Origin: Maricaulis sp.
Lineage (GTDB): Bacteria > Pseudomonadota > Alphaproteobacteria > Caulobacterales > Maricaulaceae
Length of the DNA: 64,000 nucleotides
NCBI RefSeq assembly: GCF_030149515.1
Contig: NZ_JASBRI010000015.1
Location: forward strand, 15,477-79,476
Direction: 5' to 3'
The first letter of the stretch is position 1, and the number at the start of each line of letters is the position of its first letter. The position numbers and the translations under genes were made by a program. Below the pieces are notes generated by a model. That model did no database searches. It saw only the letters and a program-made list of their open reading frames with translations, and was not told where the DNA came from. Positions 59,904 through 64,000 of the stretch are shown here, in pieces.

Positions 59904-61748
59904 ATGATCGAAACGGCGTCGCTCGACGTTTGGCAGATGTGGGCAGTACTTGGCGGTCTCGTCGTCGCCATTGCGATCTTCGTCTGGGACCGTCTCCCCA
60001 TCGAAATCGTCTCGGCATCCATCGTCGCGGTGCTGATGCTGTTCTTCCATCTCTTTCCGCTGGAAGGCGGCGATCCGAATGCGGCGAGCCTGCTTGCCGG
60101 CTTCGCCAATCCCGCGCTGATCACCATACTGTGCCTGCTGATCGTGGGTCAGGGCATATTCCAGACCGGGGCCATGGAGGGGCCGACACAATTCCTGCTT
60201 TCCTCCTACGACCAGCATCCCCGGGCAACGCTGGTCGCGATGTTCGCTTTCGTCTTCGTCGTCAGCGCCTTCATCAACAATACGCCGGTCGTGGTGATGT
60301 TCGTGCCCATCCTCGTCGCCATTGCGCGGCGGATGGAAAAGAGCCCGTCCAAGCTTCTCATTCCGCTGAGCTATGTCTGCATTCTCGCCGGCATGACAAC
60401 GCTGATCGGCTCGTCAACCAATCTGCTGGTCGCCGAGCAATTGCGCACGATTTCCGGCGTCGGACTGGACTTCTTCACGCCGACCGTGCCCGGCCTTTTC
60501 CTCGGCGCTTTCGGGATGGTCTACATCGTCTTCGTGCTGCCGCACCTGCTGCCGGAAAGGGCCTCGATGGAGACCGAAATCGCCGGCGGAGAAAAGGGGC
60601 GCCAGTATATCGCCCAGCTCGAGGTGACGGCCGATCATCCGCTGGTCGGCAAACGGCCGGTTGCGGGCATGTTTGCCGACCTGCCCGACATGACCGTGCG
60701 CATGATCCAGCGTGGCGAACACGCCCTGCTGCCGCCCTTCGACCAGATCGAGCTCAGAGCCGGCGATCTCGTCATCGTCGCCGCGACACGCCAGACCCTG
60801 TCCAACCTGCTCTCCAAGCGTGCCGACTTCATGCGGGGCATGCTGGAGGCCTCCGGGCCCGGCGACAATCCCACGCCGGGCGACAGCCTGATGATGACCG
60901 AGGCCGTCGTCGCGCCGGGCTCGCGCCTGATCGGGCGCACGATCCAGCAGATCGGTTTCCGTCACGCCACCGGCTGTATCGTGCTTGGCATTCAGCGCCG
61001 CAGCCGCATGATCCGCTCGCGCATGGGCGAAATCCGGCTTGAAGCCGGCGACACGCTGCTTCTGTTCGGCTCCTCGACGGCGATGCGGCAATTGCGCTCG
61101 GACCGCGACCTCCTGCTGATGGAATGGGCCACGACGGCGCTTGCAGATCCGCGCCGGGCCAACATGGCCCGGATCATATTCGCCGGCGTGGTCCTGACCG
61201 CGGCAACCTCCCTCCTGCCCATTGTCGTGGCCTCCTTCCTGGGGGCCGTCGCGATGATCGCGGGAGGCTGTCTCAACACGCGCCAGGCGGCACGGGCCTT
61301 CGACATGCGCGTCTATCTGCTGATCGGTTCCGCCATCGCCCTGGGCACTGCGCTGCAACAGACCGGCGGTGCGGATCTCCTGGCGACGGCTGTGGTCTCG
61401 GTTTTCTCCCCCTTCGGACCGGTCGTGCTGATGTCGGCGATGTTCATCCTGATCGCGCTCCTGACCAATGTTCTCTCGAACAGCGCCACCGCGATCCTGT
61501 TTACCCCGATCGCCGTCGGGGCTGCCAATCAGATCGGCGCCGATCCGTCTCTCTTCGCGCTCACCGTACTGTTCGCGGCGAACACGTGTTTCGCCACCCC
61601 GATCGGCTATCAGACCAATCTGCTGGTGATGGGGCCGGGTCATTACCGCTTCGCCGACTATATCCGCGCCGGTGCGCCGATGGTGGTCCTGTTCTGGTTC
61701 GCGTTTACGCTCTATATTTCTTTGCTCTACGCCTTTGGCGGCGTGTGA
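59904..61748 (+). CDS. SLC13 family permease with TrkA-C domains
   Basis: GFANPAL, SAFINNT, TLIGSSTN, TNVLSN, TPIGYQTN. Confidence 0.92.
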   Translation: MIETASLDVWQMWAVLGGLVVAIAIFVWDRLPIEIVSASIVAVLMLFFHLFPLEGGDPNAASLLAGFANPALITILCLLIVGQGIFQTGAMEGPTQFLLSSYDQHPRATLVAMFAFVFVVSAFINNTPVVVMFVPILVAIARRMEKSPSKLLIPLSYVCILAGMTTLIGSSTNLLVAEQLRTISGVGLDFFTPTVPGLFLGAFGMVYIVFVLPHLLPERASMETEIAGGEKGRQYIAQLEVTADHPLVGKRPVAGMFADLPDMTVRMIQRGEHALLPPFDQIELRAGDLVIVAATRQTLSNLLSKRADFMRGMLEASGPGDNPTPGDSLMMTEAVVAPGSRLIGRTIQQIGFRHATGCIVLGIQRRSRMIRSRMGEIRLEAGDTLLLFGSSTAMRQLRSDRDLLLMEWATTALADPRRANMARIIFAGVVLTAATSLLPIVVASFLGAVAMIAGGCLNTRQAARAFDMRVYLLIGSAIALGTALQQTGGADLLATAVVSVFSPFGPVVLMSAMFILIALLTNVLSNSATAILFTPIAVGAANQIGADPSLFALTVLFAANTCFATPIGYQTNLLVMGPGHYRFADYIRAGAPMVVLFWFAFTLYISLLYAFGGV

Positions 61749-61793
61749 GTTAGCATGAGTGTCCCCAAGAGCTGAGTCGAAGTTCCCAACGCT

Positions 61794-62546
61794 GTGACCC
61801 ATCCTTTCGCGACAAGGCAAATCCCCTTCTTCCTGACGGCAGCCGCCCCCTGCCCCTACCTGCCGGGACAATGGGAGCGAAAGGTCTTCACACGGATCGA
61901 GATCGGCGAAGGGCCCGCGCTCAATGACGCGCTGACACATGCCGGTTTCCGGCGCAGCCAGGGCGTGCTCTACCGGCCCGCCTGCGAGGCCTGCGACGCG
62001 TGCAAGTCCGTGCGCATCGATGTCGCCCGGTTCGGCTGGAAACGGCGCTGGCGGAAAATCCTCAGGCGGAATGACGATCTCACGGTCTCGACCGAGGCGC
62101 AGACCGCCACGATGGAGCAGTACGACCTGCTGACCCGCTATCTCGACAGCCGGCATGGCGATGGCGACATGGCGGGCATGTCCTTCGGCGAATACGTGAT
62201 GATGGCCGAGGAAGGCGCCCAGCGCACCCATATCGCCGAGTATCGCGACCGAAGCGGCACGCTGGTCGCAGCCGCCCTGACCGATGTGCTCAAGGACGGG
62301 CTGTCGCTGATCTACTCCTATTTCGATCCCGCCCAGGAGCGCCGCAGTACCGGCGCATTCATCATCCTGGACGCCGTCCGCCAGGCCGAGGCGGCAGGCC
62401 TGCCCTTCGTTTATCTGGGCTATTGGGTGCGCGGCAGCCGCAAGATGAGTTACAAGGCGGCCTACCAGCCGCTGCAAGTTCTTACGCCCTCGGGCTGGCA
62501 GGCCTACGGCGAACTCGATAACGATGAGGGCGGAGACGAAGACTGA
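61794..62546 (+). CDS. ate: Arginyl-tRNA-protein transferase family (bacterial Ate/Bpt)
   Basis: PCPYLPG, GFRRS, YRPACEACDAC, YSYFDP, YLGYWV, KMSYK. Confidence 0.92.
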   Translation: MTHPFATRQIPFFLTAAAPCPYLPGQWERKVFTRIEIGEGPALNDALTHAGFRRSQGVLYRPACEACDACKSVRIDVARFGWKRRWRKILRRNDDLTVSTEAQTATMEQYDLLTRYLDSRHGDGDMAGMSFGEYVMMAEEGAQRTHIAEYRDRSGTLVAAALTDVLKDGLSLIYSYFDPAQERRSTGAFIILDAVRQAEAAGLPFVYLGYWVRGSRKMSYKAAYQPLQVLTPSGWQAYGELDNDEGGDED

Positions 62547-62593
62547 CCGCACCCGCCCGGCCGGGCGGACACGCGTTCCCGGGGGAGTAAGAC

Positions 62594-63712
62594 ATGGATC
62601 GACGCACTTTCATCAGCGGCGGCGCCGTCGCCGCGGCCACGGTTGCGACCGCCTGCGGGGAAACCGGACAGGAGGGTACGACCCCGGCCGCCCCGGCCGT
62701 CAATCGCGGCGTGACGCGGCTGCGCATGGTCACGACCTGGCCCGCCAACTTCCCCGGGCTGGGCACGGCGGCCAACAATGTCGCCAGCATGATCAACACC
62801 ATGTCGGGCGGTTCGCTGGAGGTCCGGGTCTATGCCGCCGGCGAGATCGTCAGTGCGTTCGAGGCATTCGACGCCGTCGCGGAAGGCACGGCCGACATGT
62901 ATCACGGCGCGGAATATTACTGGCAGGGCAAGTCGCCGGCTTTCAACTTCTTCACTGCCGTACCCCTGGGCATGACCGCCTACGAGATCATGGGCTGGGT
63001 GGAATATGGCGGCGGCCAGGCGCTGTGGGATGAACTGGCCGGCCAGTTCAACATCAAACCTTTCCAGGCGGGCAATTCCGGCCATCAGATGGGCGGCTGG
63101 TTCAAGCGTGAAATCAATACGCTGGCCGACTTCCAGGGCCTGCGCATGCGCATTCCGGGCCTGGGCGGAAACGTGCTGCGCGAACTGGGCGGTGCCGCCG
63201 TCACGCTGTCGGGCGGCGAAATCTATCCGGCGCTGCAGAACGGCACGATCGATGCCACCGAATGGGTCGGACCCTGGAACGATCTCGCCTTCGGATTCTA
63301 CCGCGAGGCCCCCTTCTACTACGGCCCCGGCTTCCACGAGCCCGGCTCCTGCCTGGGTGTGGGTATCAATCGCGGCGTCTGGGACGGGCTGGCCGAGGAT
63401 CACAAGGCGATCATCAGATCGGCGTGCCTGACCGCCAACAATCTCTCCCTGGCCGAATTCCAGCACCAGAACGGCCTGGCCCTCGATGTGCTGGTCAATG
63501 AGCATGGCGTGGAATTGCGCCGATTCTCGGACGAGATCTGGACCCGGATCGGCGAGGTCGCGGAACAGGTCGTGGCCGATACCGGCCGCTCCGACCCCTT
63601 CACCCAGCGTGTCTATGACAGCTATCTCGACGCCCGCGACAAGATGCGGTCCTGGGGCAGGATTTCCGAAATGCCCTACATGGTCGAGCGCGAACGCGTG
63701 CTGGGCGGCTAG
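62594..63712 (+). CDS. dctP: TRAP transporter substrate-binding protein (DctP/TakP-like), Tat-exported
   Basis: MDRRTF Tat signal, TWP, YYW, QMGGWF, MRIPGLGG, EWVGP, HEPG. Confidence 0.92.
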   Translation: MDRRTFISGGAVAAATVATACGETGQEGTTPAAPAVNRGVTRLRMVTTWPANFPGLGTAANNVASMINTMSGGSLEVRVYAAGEIVSAFEAFDAVAEGTADMYHGAEYYWQGKSPAFNFFTAVPLGMTAYEIMGWVEYGGGQALWDELAGQFNIKPFQAGNSGHQMGGWFKREINTLADFQGLRMRIPGLGGNVLRELGGAAVTLSGGEIYPALQNGTIDATEWVGPWNDLAFGFYREAPFYYGPGFHEPGSCLGVGINRGVWDGLAEDHKAIIRSACLTANNLSLAEFQHQNGLALDVLVNEHGVELRRFSDEIWTRIGEVAEQVVADTGRSDPFTQRVYDSYLDARDKMRSWGRISEMPYMVERERVLGG

Positions 63713-63715
63713 GCC

Positions 63716-64000
63716 ATGCGACCCGGCGACCGGCTCACCCTGTTCGCGATTGGCCTCACCATCGGCCTGACCCTACTCGACGGGCTGACCGGCGGCGGTG
63801 TTGCGGCCTGGGCGCAGGCCAATCTGGCCGGTATCGCCCGGACAGCGGGCCTCTGGCTCGGCCGCGCGGGTCTCTACCTGTCGCCGCTCTTGCTCGTCCC
63901 GCTGCTCGCGGGCCTGGCCGGCCGGTTCGCCGCCCTGCCCACCCCGGTCTGGAGCCTGCACCGGCGGCTGATCGCCATTATCGACACCGTGACCACCACG
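63716..64000 (+). CDS. Probable TRAP small permease (DctQ), partial at window edge
   Basis: Hydrophobic ORF starting 4 nt after dctP and running off the window. Confidence 0.6.
   Translation, partial: MRPGDRLTLFAIGLTIGLTLLDGLTGGGVAAWAQANLAGIARTAGLWLGRAGLYLSPLLLVPLLAGLAGRFAALPTPVWSLHRRLIAIIDTVTTT

Noticed and set aside
10543-62552. Long antisense ORFs (10543-12366, 13656-15635, 36179-37654, 42651-44441, 55872-57539, 60414-62552)
   Set aside because: They mirror well-conserved genes on the opposite strand, have no motifs, and are expected in high-GC DNA.
1-64000. CRISPR arrays, IS elements, prophage, rRNA
   Set aside because: No spaced direct repeats, transposase, integrase, phage genes or rRNA-like sequence were noticed.

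Overview
A high-GC alphaproteobacterial chromosome segment; gene content and order suggest Caulobacterales or Maricaulaceae-like (inference). It is dense and almost entirely housekeeping: rlpA-dac-tmk-holB-tatD, mazG, the dusB-ntrBC-ntrYX-trkAH-dat-hfq-hflX run, ispDF-cinA, lipA, rplM-rpsI, phoX, ctaA, tRNA-Pro, plsX-fabH-ihfA, hppA, glyA-nrdR-rib-nusB-thiL, mucR, hemA, valine catabolism genes, hemB, motB, an arginyl-tRNA transferase and a TRAP transporter. I found no prophage, IS, integrase, CRISPR or defence system. The window appears to contain the replication terminus: a dif-like XerCD site at 6346-6373, with KOPS octamers pointing to it from both sides. The most interesting leads are (i) phoX followed by an overlapping lipoprotein that looks like a catalytically dead beta-propeller phytase, (ii) an NtrC with a collapsed AAA+ domain, (iii) a riboflavin operon lacking both pyrimidine deaminase and active GTP cyclohydrolase II, (iv) a structured leader with a uORF upstream of hppA, and (v) a gene that seems to start at ATC. 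All assignments come from motif recognition by eye; no database search was run.
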